Both the position numbers and the translations under genes were made by a program. This document shows positions 48,892 through 58,793 of a stretch of DNA of 64,000 bases, piece by piece. The stretch's first letter is position 1; every line of letters begins with the position of its first letter. The stretch comes from Bacteroidota bacterium. Its GTDB lineage: Bacteria > Bacteroidota > Bacteroidia > Bacteroidales > Porphyromonadaceae. The stretch spans positions 6,894-70,893 of the forward strand of contig JAEWDZ010000004.1 in assembly GCA_023389855.1 (NCBI GenBank). The letters run 5' to 3'. The notes beneath the pieces were generated by a model, which was given only the letters and a program-made list of their open reading frames with translations, made no database searches and had not been told where the DNA came from.

Positions 48892-50688
48892 TTAATCACC
48901 AGCACTTAGCTCAGAAAGAGTTTTTCTATAGGTATTGAATATCCGTGATTTTGAAAGCATTCCCAGGTAATGACCATCTTGATCAGTAACAGGCAAATTC
49001 CATGCTTTAGTTTGGTCGAATATTTTCATGATATATTCCATACTGTTAGGCATAACTATAGTTGCCGGAGGTGAAACCATAAATTTTTGAACTCTAAAGC
49101 GATCGTATAACTCTGGCCTAAACATAATGTTACGAATATTATCGAGTAATACGAGCCCTTGTAGCGTATTGTCTTCTTTACTGACTACGGGGAAGATATT
49201 TCTTTTACCACTTCCAATTACTACAACGACATCTCCTAACGACATCTCAGGATATACCGTATCAAAATCTTGCTCTAATACACTAAGAGGGTCCATTACA
49301 GTAAGGACTGCTTTGTCCTTTTCATGAGTGACCAACTTGCCATCCTCAGCTAATCGCAAAGAATAGATACTATGGGGCATAAATATACGGATAGTTGCAT
49401 ATGCGCAAATGGATACTACCATTAGAGGTAAAAACAGATCATATCCACCTGTAAGTTCAGCAATAAGAAAAATACCCGTAAGTGGCGCATGCATTACAGC
49501 ACTCATTAATCCTGCCATACCCATCAGAGTAAAATTCTTCTGAGGCAGATAGGTATTGATGAAAGGTAGATAATTTGAGAAATACGAAAAAATAAAACCG
49601 GTAACACCCCCTACAAAAAGAGTGGGCGCAAAAAGTCCTCCACACCCGCCTCCCGAGTTTGTAGCTACCGATGCGAATACTTTAAGTAGCATCGTGAATA
49701 GAAGGAAAATAAAGAGAGCCCAATAGCTGTCTGCATAATTTTCAAAAAGGCTGCCCTGCATAACCCCTTGTAAATCACCTGCAAATAATTGATTGATAGT
49801 AGAGTAGCCTTCTCCATATAATGGAGGAAATAGGAAAATTAAGGAAGATAGAATAAGCGATGAAAGAATAAATTTCAAACGATATTTCTTTATCTTCTTG
49901 AAACTCTTCTCTAAAGAGAACATGCAGCGCGAGAAATAAAGTGCAACAAAACCACATACAATACCCAATAAAATGGCATATGGTAAGCTATCTGCTGTAA
50001 ATGGGTCTGCTTGGTAAAAAGAAAAAAAAGATTCATGTCCACTGAGAAGATAGGCTATGGTACTTGCCGTCACAGAAGAAATAAGCAACGGCAATACACT
50101 CTGTAGTGTCAAGTCCATTAGTAGTACCTCTATCACAAATACAAGTCCCGTAATAGGTGCTTTAAATATTCCTGCTATAGCTCCAGCAGCACCACAGCCC
50201 ACAAGTAGCATGAGGTTGCGTTGTTCCATCTTGAAAAATCTCCCTAAATTAGAGCCTATTGCAGCTCCGGTAAGCACGATAGGAGACTCGGCCCCCACAG
50301 ATCCACCTAATCCGATCGTAATGCTACTAGACAATAGCGAACTCCACATATTATGTGGCTTGATCCTGCTTTTTCGTTGGGACAACGCCATAAGTATCTT
50401 TGTTACACCATGGCTAATGTCGTCTCGAACGATATAGCGGATCACCATAGCTGTTATGAAAATACCGATAGTCGGTAAGAGTAAATATAGATAATGTCTT
50501 TGTTGTGCTGCAGAGGTAACGATTTCCTGTAATATATGTATCGCACTTTTCAAAACAACCGCTGCTGCAGCGGCAAATATGCCTACTAAAAAACTAAGAA
50601 CAATGACAAATACCTGTTCGCTAACATTTCTGGAACGCCACCGAATGAAGCGCATCAGTAGCGACTGTTTTTCTCTTATTTCTTCCAT
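48892..50688 (-). CDS. CLC-family chloride channel/antiporter with CBS domains
   Basis: GGSVGAESP, GAAGAIAGIFKAP, GGLFAPTL, HAPLTG; C-terminal CBS pair. Confidence 0.9.
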   Translation of the reverse strand: MEEIREKQSLLMRFIRWRSRNVSEQVFVIVLSFLVGIFAAAAAVVLKSAIHILQEIVTSAAQQRHYLYLLLPTIGIFITAMVIRYIVRDDISHGVTKILMALSQRKSRIKPHNMWSSLLSSSITIGLGGSVGAESPIVLTGAAIGSNLGRFFKMEQRNLMLLVGCGAAGAIAGIFKAPITGLVFVIEVLLMDLTLQSVLPLLISSVTASTIAYLLSGHESFFSFYQADPFTADSLPYAILLGIVCGFVALYFSRCMFSLEKSFKKIKKYRLKFILSSLILSSLIFLFPPLYGEGYSTINQLFAGDLQGVMQGSLFENYADSYWALFIFLLFTMLLKVFASVATNSGGGCGGLFAPTLFVGGVTGFIFSYFSNYLPFINTYLPQKNFTLMGMAGLMSAVMHAPLTGIFLIAELTGGYDLFLPLMVVSICAYATIRIFMPHSIYSLRLAEDGKLVTHEKDKAVLTVMDPLSVLEQDFDTVYPEMSLGDVVVVIGSGKRNIFPVVSKEDNTLQGLVLLDNIRNIMFRPELYDRFRVQKFMVSPPATIVMPNSMEYIMKIFDQTKAWNLPVTDQDGHYLGMLSKSRIFNTYRKTLSELSAGD

Positions 50689-50698
50689 AGTAAACCGC

Positions 50699-52096
50699 TC
50701 ATTTTCCTTTTCCTTTAAAAATGATGCTTATCGTATATATCAACACTTTAAAATCAAGAAGAAGGGACATATTATTGTAGTATATCCAGTCGGCTTGAAG
50801 TCGAGTGTACATCTCTTCAATATTTGAGGCATAGCCGTATAACACCATACCCAAACTCGTAATCCCGGGTCGTACATTATGCAACAGACAGTAATAGGGA
50901 GCACGATCTATTAATTGACTAATAAAAAAAGATCTTTCCGGACGTGGTCCTACGAAAGACATATCTCCGCGCAGGACATTGTATAACTGTGGTAACTCGT
51001 CTAATCGGTATTTCCTCAAGTATTTTCCCACAGGTGTAATGCGTGGGTCTTTTTCACAGCTAAGGGTAGGGCCGTTGATTTCACTTTGGGAATACATTGA
51101 TCTAAATTTGTAGATACTAAAAGGTTTGCCATGAAGACCGATTCGCTCTTGAGAATAAAAAACTTTCCCTTCGGAAGATCGTTTTACGGCAATCGCAATG
51201 AGGAGAAATAAAGGAGCAGCGATTACCAACCCCATTAAGGCCATCAGTTTGTCAAAAGCCCATTTGATGTTTTTAGCACCTTCACTCATTCGGGTTTCAG
51301 CAATGTTAAGCAGTGGGACTTTGAGAATTGAAGGACTATGCAGGTTGCGAGCATAGAAATGAAAAGAGGGTGCAGTTATATAGATTTCTTTGTCTAGGGA
51401 GAATAGTTTATACAAAAGTGCGCCTACAAAAGTGTCAAACGAATTGTCAAAAGCCAAATATAGGGCATCTATCTTATATCGATTGACTTCTTTTTTTATC
51501 TGTTCGTACAGGGAGTCTATTTCTCCTCGATTTACTTCATTATAAACATCGATTTCTGAAACGACACTAATGTGAAGAGCGTCTGCAGCCTCAGTTATTC
51601 GATGCCGTTCTTTAGAGGTTCCGATAATTAATCCTCGAGAGAAATTCTCTTTTTTTCTTCGCCATCTGTATGATAGAGAGGTTACAAATGTCCGGCTTAT
51701 ATATACTACGCAAAAGTAAATCCCGAAAATAAAAAAGAAAATATAGGTCATCCTGCTACCACCGTCGTACAATTTGTCGTTAGTGACAACAAATAGAAAG
51801 TGAAGACCAGCTCCAATTAATACGGAATAAAAGGTCGCCAGAAAATCTCCAAATCGATCTCTTTTATCAGGTCTATTATAATAACCAGAGAAAAAGAAGA
51901 TGCAAAGCCATGTCAGCAGAAGAGAGCAACCTATGATAGTATTACGAATGCCGAAAAGATATGGAAAAAGATCGTTCCATTCGTTTACAAGGCGTTCGTA
52001 ATAAAAGCGAGCCCAGTTGGTGAGCCAGTAAGCTACAAGCAACGAAAAAATATCCCCTGTCAAGTAACTTACTCGAAGTTTATCGATTAATTTCAC
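50699..52096 (-). CDS. Polyprenyl-phosphate sugar phosphotransferase (WcaJ/WbaP-like)
   Basis: N-terminal TMs; IYKFRSM, DPRITPVGKYLRKYRLDELPQ, GDMSFVGPRPE, VRPGIT. Confidence 0.92.
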   Translation of the reverse strand: MKLIDKLRVSYLTGDIFSLLVAYWLTNWARFYYERLVNEWNDLFPYLFGIRNTIIGCSLLLTWLCIFFFSGYYNRPDKRDRFGDFLATFYSVLIGAGLHFLFVVTNDKLYDGGSRMTYIFFFIFGIYFCVVYISRTFVTSLSYRWRRKKENFSRGLIIGTSKERHRITEAADALHISVVSEIDVYNEVNRGEIDSLYEQIKKEVNRYKIDALYLAFDNSFDTFVGALLYKLFSLDKEIYITAPSFHFYARNLHSPSILKVPLLNIAETRMSEGAKNIKWAFDKLMALMGLVIAAPLFLLIAIAVKRSSEGKVFYSQERIGLHGKPFSIYKFRSMYSQSEINGPTLSCEKDPRITPVGKYLRKYRLDELPQLYNVLRGDMSFVGPRPERSFFISQLIDRAPYYCLLHNVRPGITSLGMVLYGYASNIEEMYTRLQADWIYYNNMSLLLDFKVLIYTISIIFKGKGK

Positions 52097-52707
52097 TCTT
52101 CAGATCTTATACCTCGGATTACTTTTATCTCATTGTTTTTGCCTATGGAGATGATCTCACTTGCTTGACAACGATTTTCCTCCTCTTGACGTATGGGGAC
52201 AATATAGTCTACAGCCTCTTTGATTTCAGGTGAGATATCCTTGAATGAGGTAGGAGAAGCTTCTCCAGAAATATTTGCTGACGTGGAGACAAGCGGCACT
52301 TTTATAGCTTTACATAAAGCATTAGAAAAAGGCTCCTTTGTGATACGTATACCTATGGTTCCTTCCTTTGGGAGCAGGTTAGATGCAATATTCTTTGCCG
52401 AAGGATAGATGATCGTTAGTGGGCGTATAGCCATATCGATTAACTGATAGGCCATCGAGGGCACATTACCCACGATACCTGGTAATTTAGCATCATGGTC
52501 TATAAGCAATAAAAGCGCTTTTCCGTCTTCTCTTTTTTTTATTTCATAAATTCTTCGTACGGCCTCTTCATTGGTAGCATCACAACCTATTCCCCATATT
52601 GTATCGGTAGGATATAATACTACGCCTCCTTTTTTTATGATATTAGCTGTCTCTTTAACGATCTCTCGCCATTGTAGCGGAAGGGTAGAGGAGTTTGTAT
52701 CTTTCAT
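52093..52707 (-). CDS. tsaC: L-threonylcarbamoyladenylate synthase (TsaC/Sua5/YrdC)
   Basis: LYPTDTIWGIGCD, IYEIKKR, VSTSANISG. Confidence 0.92.
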   Translation of the reverse strand: MKDTNSSTLPLQWREIVKETANIIKKGGVVLYPTDTIWGIGCDATNEEAVRRIYEIKKREDGKALLLLIDHDAKLPGIVGNVPSMAYQLIDMAIRPLTIIYPSAKNIASNLLPKEGTIGIRITKEPFSNALCKAIKVPLVSTSANISGEASPTSFKDISPEIKEAVDYIVPIRQEEENRCQASEIISIGKNNEIKVIRGIRSEE

Positions 52708-53060
52708 ATTATTGTATTGCTACGAGGTACATCTCTTTTGCCGTCATACCCATGCACTATTGTTAGCTAGCTCAGGGGAGGGAATGCATAGCAAAATGCA
52801 GAAAAGAATACCATTTTTGGTAGTGACAAAGATACTATTTTTTTACCTATTTAGCCATAATCATCCTTTCCAAATACAGTTATAAGACGAATATCATAGT
52901 TTATAGGTAGGGCTATTATACTAAAGTAGGTATATGATGCAAGAAATACCTACTAATAATGAAAAATTTTTTGACAACTTCAAGCTCTTTAATTAGTTGA
53001 TTTACAATTCATTGCGATTCTCATAGGTATGCTTTAAAACAAAAAGGCGAAAAACATTTA

Positions 53061-53101
53061 TACCTACTTGTTGGTATTTTCAAAATTATTTTGTACCTTT
53101 G
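53061..53101 (+). promoter_or_regulatory. Ferredoxin promoter with operator overlapping the -33 element
   Basis: TACCTA-CTTG-TTGGTA (53061-53076); -7 box TACCTTTG (53094-53101). Confidence 0.65.
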
Positions 53102-53168
53102 CAGTGTCCTAAGAGAAGGACAGAATAAGAAACTGATTTAAATTTTAGTATTAAAGAAAGGAATTATT

Positions 53169-53336
53169 ATGGCTTACGTAATTAAAAACAACTGTATTGC
53201 TTGTGGAACATGTATCGATGAATGCCCAGTAGGAGCTATTAGCGAAGGCGATATCTACAAAATCGATGCTAATACATGTATTGATTGTGGTAGCTGTGCT
53301 GCTGCTTGTCCTTCAGACGCTATCGAGCAAGCCTAA
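53169..53336 (+). CDS. 2[4Fe-4S] clostridial-type ferredoxin (55 aa; not in ORF track)
   Basis: Manual translation MAYVIKNNCIACGTCIDECPVGAISEGDIYKIDANTCIDCGSCAAACPSDAIEQA; two CxxCxxCxxxCP motifs. Confidence 0.96.
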   Translation: MAYVIKNNCIACGTCIDECPVGAISEGDIYKIDANTCIDCGSCAAACPSDAIEQA

Positions 53337-53520
53337 TCAATTATCATCTTCGTTGCAACGAAGAATCGGTATATTAGTCTTCGAGCGAGAAGACCTTAGA
53401 AAAGAAGTATCCAATTGACTTACCCTCATAGGTCTTTTGTGAAGTTAGTTTGATTTAAGAGAGACTTTGCTCTAGAACTTCTGTTCTATGAGTAGAGGAA
53501 TTTGAGTTTTATTCGTTTTT

Positions 53521-53562
53521 GGAGGACTCGTGCGTGATGCTCGGGTTCTCCTTGTGTTTTTT
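53521..53562 (+). terminator. Probable terminator of ferredoxin transcript
   Basis: GGAGGACTCG...CGGGTTCTCC stem (with G-U pairs) followed by a T-rich tract. Confidence 0.65.
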
Positions 53563-53916
53563 ACAAGCCTAGTAAAGATGAGATCGAAAAACCTTATCGG
53601 GCTAAAGCGTCTCACAAGAAATGGTCCTACATTCTAAGAATGATTATACTTCTGCCATATGATCATATTTTATAATAACGAAAAAGCCTCCCTTTTATAT
53701 GGGATCAATTTGAAGAAAAAGATCCGCATTCAATAAAAAAAGAATCAGGATCCAATAAAAATCCGATTCGGAATCGCTTAATATTGGATTCGATACCGTT
53801 GAATAGATTTTTCTGCGTAGGCATTTAATTTTTCATATCTGTTCATCATTACTTAGTCTTACAAAATATTCTTACTGATTTTATAATCAACAGAGCGCTA
53901 TTAACTACTTATTAAG

Positions 53917-53964
53917 TAAGAAAATAGAGAACTCCGATTATTGTCGGAGTTCTCTATTTTCTTA
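53917..53964. terminator. Long perfect hairpin downstream of lysC
   Basis: TAAGAAAATAGAGAACTCCGA-N6-TCGGAGTTCTCTATTTTCTTA, 21-bp stem. Confidence 0.85.
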
Positions 53965-53992
53965 TTGAGATAAAGGGTAAGTATTTCGTTAG

Positions 53993-55357
53993 TTATCCAA
54001 TTTCTACTGAAAGCGACAAATGACGGAATAGATGATCGCTAAGAGCTATCATGGCTCGTTTCTTATCCTCTGCAGCAACGGCCAAAACCAAACTGTAATT
54101 GCTACTACCATAAGAAATCAAACGTAAAGGGATATCGTCCAGAGCTTCTAAAATCTTCGATTCAAAGCCTATCCGGTCCCAACTCATTGCTCCTACTACA
54201 GCAAGCATGGTCATACCATATTGAACGTCTACAGAGCAGAATCCTTTAAGTTCTTGAATAAGACCTTCTAAATCCCCTGATTCTTCGATCGCCATCAAAA
54301 TAGATTGACCGTTAGAAGATATATGATCGGCTTTAATACCTCGTTTAACCAAAATCTGAGATATAGAAAAAATGATATCTGCAAGAGAGGTTGTACTATT
54401 TAGCTCAGGATGGGGATGTGCCGTGAGGACAACAATACCATCCTTAGCCGAAACGGCTTTCACAGTAGCGTTTCCCGTTTCTCCAGATATAGTAGTTCCC
54501 CGTGCAGAGGGGTCTAACGTATATAGTAGCTTTACTGTAATATTGGATCTACGAGCCGGCTCTATACAGGTGGGATGCAAAATCTTTGCTCCAAAGTGTG
54601 CTAACTCGGTAGCCTCCCCAAAATGTAGTCTTCTTACGGGTGACGTTACATTGACAATTCGAGGATCGTTGTTGTGAAGGCCATCGATATCGGTCCATAT
54701 CTGTATTTCATCAGCATCAACAGCCTCACCGATGAGCGTTGCTGTGTAGTCACTGCCACCTCTTCTGAGATTGTCTATCTCTCCAAATGCATTTAGACAG
54801 ATGTAGCCTTCTGCAATAAATAAGTGCCCTTTATTGCTGTTAGCCGCAACAAGAGACGATATGTTCTTGCGTATATAGTGTTGCTCTGGTTCACCCTCAT
54901 GATTGATTTTCATAAAATGAAGCGAATTGAGATGTGAGGGTACAATACCATGATAGCGCTGTACCGTAAGTAACATTAATTGAACACTTATTATTTCCCC
55001 CTTCGATAGAATTCTTTTTTCATCATTAACGGTAAAAGCATCGTTATGCGTTTGTGCTTTTAGCTCTTCAAAAATAGGGAAAAGCATTATTCTTGCTTTA
55101 GCTCGCAATTCGTCTTCATCAAAGAGTTCTTCAATGACTGTTTCATACTTGGCCTTAAGTGTATCTACAGCAGAATGAGCTTCCTCAAAAAGCCCTCTAT
55201 ATAAAAGCGAAGACAAATGAACTAGGGCATCTGTCGTACCACTCATCGCTGAGAGGACGACGATCTTTCGACCAGGGACTTTTGTAATAATGTCTGCTAC
55301 GGAGCGTATACGCTGAGCACTCCCCACGGAAGTTCCACCAAACTTAAGGACAATCAT
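53993..55357 (-). CDS. lysC: Aspartate kinase
   Basis: MIVLKFGGTSVG, VLSAMSGTTD, RGGSDYTA, IWTDIDG...DPR, FGAKILHP; ACT-like C-terminus. Start at ATG 55357. Confidence 0.93.
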   Translation of the reverse strand: MIVLKFGGTSVGSAQRIRSVADIITKVPGRKIVVLSAMSGTTDALVHLSSLLYRGLFEEAHSAVDTLKAKYETVIEELFDEDELRAKARIMLFPIFEELKAQTHNDAFTVNDEKRILSKGEIISVQLMLLTVQRYHGIVPSHLNSLHFMKINHEGEPEQHYIRKNISSLVAANSNKGHLFIAEGYICLNAFGEIDNLRRGGSDYTATLIGEAVDADEIQIWTDIDGLHNNDPRIVNVTSPVRRLHFGEATELAHFGAKILHPTCIEPARRSNITVKLLYTLDPSARGTTISGETGNATVKAVSAKDGIVVLTAHPHPELNSTTSLADIIFSISQILVKRGIKADHISSNGQSILMAIEESGDLEGLIQELKGFCSVDVQYGMTMLAVVGAMSWDRIGFESKILEALDDIPLRLISYGSSNYSLVLAVAAEDKKRAMIALSDHLFRHLSLSVEIG

Positions 55358-55364
55358 AGCTAAC

Positions 55365-56114
55365 TTAGGAGGGCAAGTAATTAAAGTCTGAAGAAATGGA
55401 GTTTTTGTCTTGATTGACAAGATCTAATGTGCGCGTTTCGGAATTGATACAGTAGGTACGGGCAGGAATATGTCTGATAAGTTCGGCATTATGCGTGGAC
55501 ATCACCACTGCAGTACCACTACGAGCAATTTCAGCAACCAGCTGTCCTATGGCAAGACCTGTAGCTCTGTCCAAGCCACTTGTTGGTTCATCCAGAATAA
55601 TCAAATCAGGCATGACGATAAGGGCTCTGGCTATACATACACGTTCTGCCTCCCCGCCGGATAATTCATGAGGCATACGATATCCTTTGCCAGCCATTCC
55701 CACTTTTTCTAGTGCCTGGTGGATGAGAGATTTGCAGGTTGATTTTTCGTATTTACCAGTTGCACGTAATACGAATTCAAGGTTTTTATCTACTGAGCGA
55801 TCGTAAAGAAGTTGTGCATCAGACTGAAAAACAATCCCCATACGACGTCGCATTGCCTGTCTTGTTTTTTGTTTTAAGCGGGTAAGATCGAAACCCAGAA
55901 CGGATCCCTCACCTTGGAAGAGGGGAAGTTCACCGTATAAAACTTCTAATAACGAACTCTTGCCGCTACCTACCGGTCCTGTGATATAAACCATATCTCC
56001 AGGGTTTATCTCTAAGTTAACGTGGTGCAGGATCTCGTTTTCGTAGCGATTTATCGTCGCATCTTTAAGAAGAACGGGTATAGAAGAGAGGTTGTTTCTC
56101 TGTTTTTTTGCCAT
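55365..56114 (-). CDS. ftsE: FtsE-like ABC ATP-binding protein
   Basis: GPVGSGKSSLL, RRRMGIVFQ, PHELSGGE, ILDEPT; ftsE-lysC order typical of Bacteroidetes. Confidence 0.75.
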   Translation of the reverse strand: MAKKQRNNLSSIPVLLKDATINRYENEILHHVNLEINPGDMVYITGPVGSGKSSLLEVLYGELPLFQGEGSVLGFDLTRLKQKTRQAMRRRMGIVFQSDAQLLYDRSVDKNLEFVLRATGKYEKSTCKSLIHQALEKVGMAGKGYRMPHELSGGEAERVCIARALIVMPDLIILDEPTSGLDRATGLAIGQLVAEIARSGTAVVMSTHNAELIRHIPARTYCINSETRTLDLVNQDKNSISSDFNYLPS

Positions 56115-56123
56115 CGTAATAGA

Positions 56124-56645
56124 TTATTTTTGAATGAATGATAGATACTCTTCGCAATTGATGGGCAAGCGTTGCATGATATCGGCGGAGAATGTATCAT
56201 ATATGGTGTGCATTCCTATCCAATTAGCTTGTACAAATGCAGCAGTTCCCTCAAATTGTTTTAAATAATCTTCAAGCGTATATAGCTGATATCCTTGATC
56301 GGAAAACTCATGCTTGGCCCCACCTGCAGAAACAGCTATTCCCAGATCTTTTCCTGCTAATTTATCACCATTAGGCCCGTATGCCCAGCCGAATGTAAGT
56401 ACTTCGTCAAGCCAACGCTTCATGATTGCTGGTACAGTATACCAGTATAAAGGGAATTGCAGAATGATACGATCGTATTGCTCCAAAATTGCCTGTTCTT
56501 CCGCTATATCCAGTGGCTGATCTAGAGGTGCAGATGTAGCTAGAATCCGTATTGCCACTTTACCAGTTAAGGCTTCTGTCCAATACTTATTAACAACCGA
56601 TTTTTCTAAGCATGGATGACCAACTACTACTAGTGTCTTTTTCAT
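56124..56645 (-). CDS. NAD(P)H-dependent (quinone) oxidoreductase, flavodoxin-like fold (KefF/YwrO type)
   Basis: VVGHP, ILQFPLYWYTVPAIMKRWLDEVLTFGWAYG...LAGK. Confidence 0.9.
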   Translation of the reverse strand: MKKTLVVVGHPCLEKSVVNKYWTEALTGKVAIRILATSAPLDQPLDIAEEQAILEQYDRIILQFPLYWYTVPAIMKRWLDEVLTFGWAYGPNGDKLAGKDLGIAVSAGGAKHEFSDQGYQLYTLEDYLKQFEGTAAFVQANWIGMHTIYDTFSADIMQRLPINCEEYLSFIQK

Positions 56646-56748
56646 TTGTTTATTTGTCTCTTTATTTTAAAATGAGAGAGGAAACATCGGAAGAGAACCT
56701 TCGAATGCTCCCTCTTTCGGATTTAAGAATATAAATTATACGTTTAGT

Positions 56749-57426
56749 TTAAAAACAAATACCGATGCCTGCAAAGCATTGCATAGTATTCATCTTTAAA
56801 AACCCTTTGTTATTATCCTCTTGTAATTTTTTATCGCTGTTTTTGTTGAAGACATTAAGGAAACCAAAGTCCAAACCTACTGTAGCATAGAATCGACTAT
56901 AGAAAGCGAGCGCTTGGACTCCCCATCCGACATCATATCGTTTTGGTTTGAAAATATCAGCTAGCCCCTCTTTGAAAATATCATAGCTCACTTTCGCTCC
57001 TTTTAGCCCTGAGGCTGCAGTCCCAGCAAGAGCAACAGAAAAATAGGGTCCTGTCTGTAGGGCAACTGCAATTGAGCGACTAACATTTAGGCGATAACCA
57101 AAATTTACAGGAATCTGCAAGTAGTGAAATGTGATATTGGAATTTGCGCCTTTTCCTAATGTTGATGATTGGCCAGCATAGCGTCCCCCTTTCATTGAGA
57201 AGGTAAGGCCACTGCTTACATATGCACCATTAGAAAAAGGGACATCTACATAAGCGCCCAAATGGTAGCCTACCATGTTTTCCTTTTTAAAAGTTTCGTT
57301 GAGAATAGACAATTTGCTGAAGTTGAAGGAAGGACCAGCTTCCAGACGAAAACTTACAAATCCTTGAGCTGAAAGCGCAAATGTGCTAACAAAAAGAAGC
57401 GTCAATAAACTAATTACTTTTTTCAT
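56749..57426 (-). CDS. Outer-membrane beta-barrel protein (porin/PorT-like family)
   Basis: Signal peptide; GYHLGAYVD, SGLTFSMKG, HYLQIPVNFGY, GPYFS; C-terminal Phe. Confidence 0.8.
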   Translation of the reverse strand: MKKVISLLTLLFVSTFALSAQGFVSFRLEAGPSFNFSKLSILNETFKKENMVGYHLGAYVDVPFSNGAYVSSGLTFSMKGGRYAGQSSTLGKGANSNITFHYLQIPVNFGYRLNVSRSIAVALQTGPYFSVALAGTAASGLKGAKVSYDIFKEGLADIFKPKRYDVGWGVQALAFYSRFYATVGLDFGFLNVFNKNSDKKLQEDNNKGFLKMNTMQCFAGIGICF

Positions 57427-57472
57427 AAAATGATAGCGATAAATAGGTCGATAGTTTTATCTGTTTTTGTTT

Positions 57473-57510
57473 TACATGTAAGACTCCCCAAATAGGAAGT
57501 CTTACATGTA
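57473..57510 (-). terminator. Hairpin after TPR gene
   Basis: TACATGTAAGACT...AGTCTTACATGTA inverted repeat. Confidence 0.7.
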
Positions 57511-57541
57511 TGAATGATTAATTATTTAGATACGGGAGAGA

Positions 57542-58762
57542 TTATTGAGCATTAGCTTGCTTTTCTCCTCCATGTTTCTTCATAAGTTCGTCGTATTTTT
57601 CGTTCATGTGTAGATTGTAGTATACATTACCCAAAACATAATAGCACATTTCAGGTTTTACACTATAGGCTTTTTCAAGATAGGGAAGTGCTTTTTCAAA
57701 GAGAACTTTTGCTTGAGCGTCTACTTCTGGAGTTATGCGATCACTACTCTTGAGTGTTACGGCCTGATTGTAGTATACACGACCTAAGTCGTAGTAAGAA
57801 TCTATATATTCAGGATCAACTTCGATAGACTTTTCAAAATAAGAGATAGCTTCTTCAGGTTTACTATCTTCCAAAAGCTTACCTAATACATCGTACAACT
57901 GTGCGTTTTTAGGAGACTTTTCAATTGCTTGCTTGATAGTCGTAATAGCTTTTTCTGTATCACCAGATGCAATATAGGTATTAATGAGGCTTACCGAATA
58001 AAAAGGTTCTTCGGGGAAGAGACCAAGACCTTCTTTGAGTACGTTTACATATTGTACCGTGTCACCAGTTTCACTAAGCGTTTGAGCTAAAATTTGGTAT
58101 ACATCATTTTGACGGTAAGTGCGACTTTTTATTTCGTTGGCATATTTGATAGCATCTTCTTTTTTCCCTGCTTGATATGCTGTGATGACAGAGAAGAAGT
58201 CTACTTCCATACTGTTAGTATCTACTGCAGCCAAGGGAGTACCTTCAAAAGTGGGCATACTCTTGATTGTTTTAAAATCAGTAAAAGCTTCGAGAGCTTT
58301 ATCGTACTGTTTATTCTCAAAGTAATAACCTCCAGCATTGATAAAATACAACAAGTTACTTTCATATGCTTTCAGTATATCCTTTGTATATGCAGGTTTT
58401 ATTTTTCCTTTCTCATTAGGTTGTTTGTCGGCTTCAAGAGCTTGTTGATAAAAAGTGAACATATCTAAGAGAGCTTTGTTCATGACCTCTTTATTTGGTT
58501 CTACGCCATCAAGTTGCTTAAAGTTTTCACTCTCGAAATTTTTCTGCTCTACAAATCCCCCTACATAAAAGGTCTGAGCTAAACCTTTTGTTTCAGGATT
58601 CTCTAGAGCTTGCTGAACCAAGGAGCGAGCTTCTTGGAAATCAGCATTTTTACTTTTTGCAATTCTTTCAGCAGCTTTTACATTTGATTTCTGTGAAAAG
58701 GCAAGAGATGCTGTCGCCAGCAACATCATTGCTGTTAGTAATAATTTCTTAGTTGTTTTCAT
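57542..58762 (-). CDS. Exported tetratricopeptide repeat protein
   Basis: Signal peptide; several TPR-like helical pairs; conserved position after gyrA. Confidence 0.85.
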   Translation of the reverse strand: MKTTKKLLLTAMMLLATASLAFSQKSNVKAAERIAKSKNADFQEARSLVQQALENPETKGLAQTFYVGGFVEQKNFESENFKQLDGVEPNKEVMNKALLDMFTFYQQALEADKQPNEKGKIKPAYTKDILKAYESNLLYFINAGGYYFENKQYDKALEAFTDFKTIKSMPTFEGTPLAAVDTNSMEVDFFSVITAYQAGKKEDAIKYANEIKSRTYRQNDVYQILAQTLSETGDTVQYVNVLKEGLGLFPEEPFYSVSLINTYIASGDTEKAITTIKQAIEKSPKNAQLYDVLGKLLEDSKPEEAISYFEKSIEVDPEYIDSYYDLGRVYYNQAVTLKSSDRITPEVDAQAKVLFEKALPYLEKAYSVKPEMCYYVLGNVYYNLHMNEKYDELMKKHGGEKQANAQ

Positions 58763-58793
58763 GAGATATCAAATCTTAGTGTATAATGATATT

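Noticed and set aside
53600..53900. AT-rich stretch with several GATCC/GATTC words as possible oriC or repeat array
   Set aside because: No DnaA-box cluster and no regular periodicity; only a weak inverted repeat.
39449..57510. Shared AAGACTCCCC...AGTCTT core in two hairpins (39449 and 57473) as a REP/MITE family
   Set aside because: Only two short copies with different loops and flanks; adequately explained as terminators.
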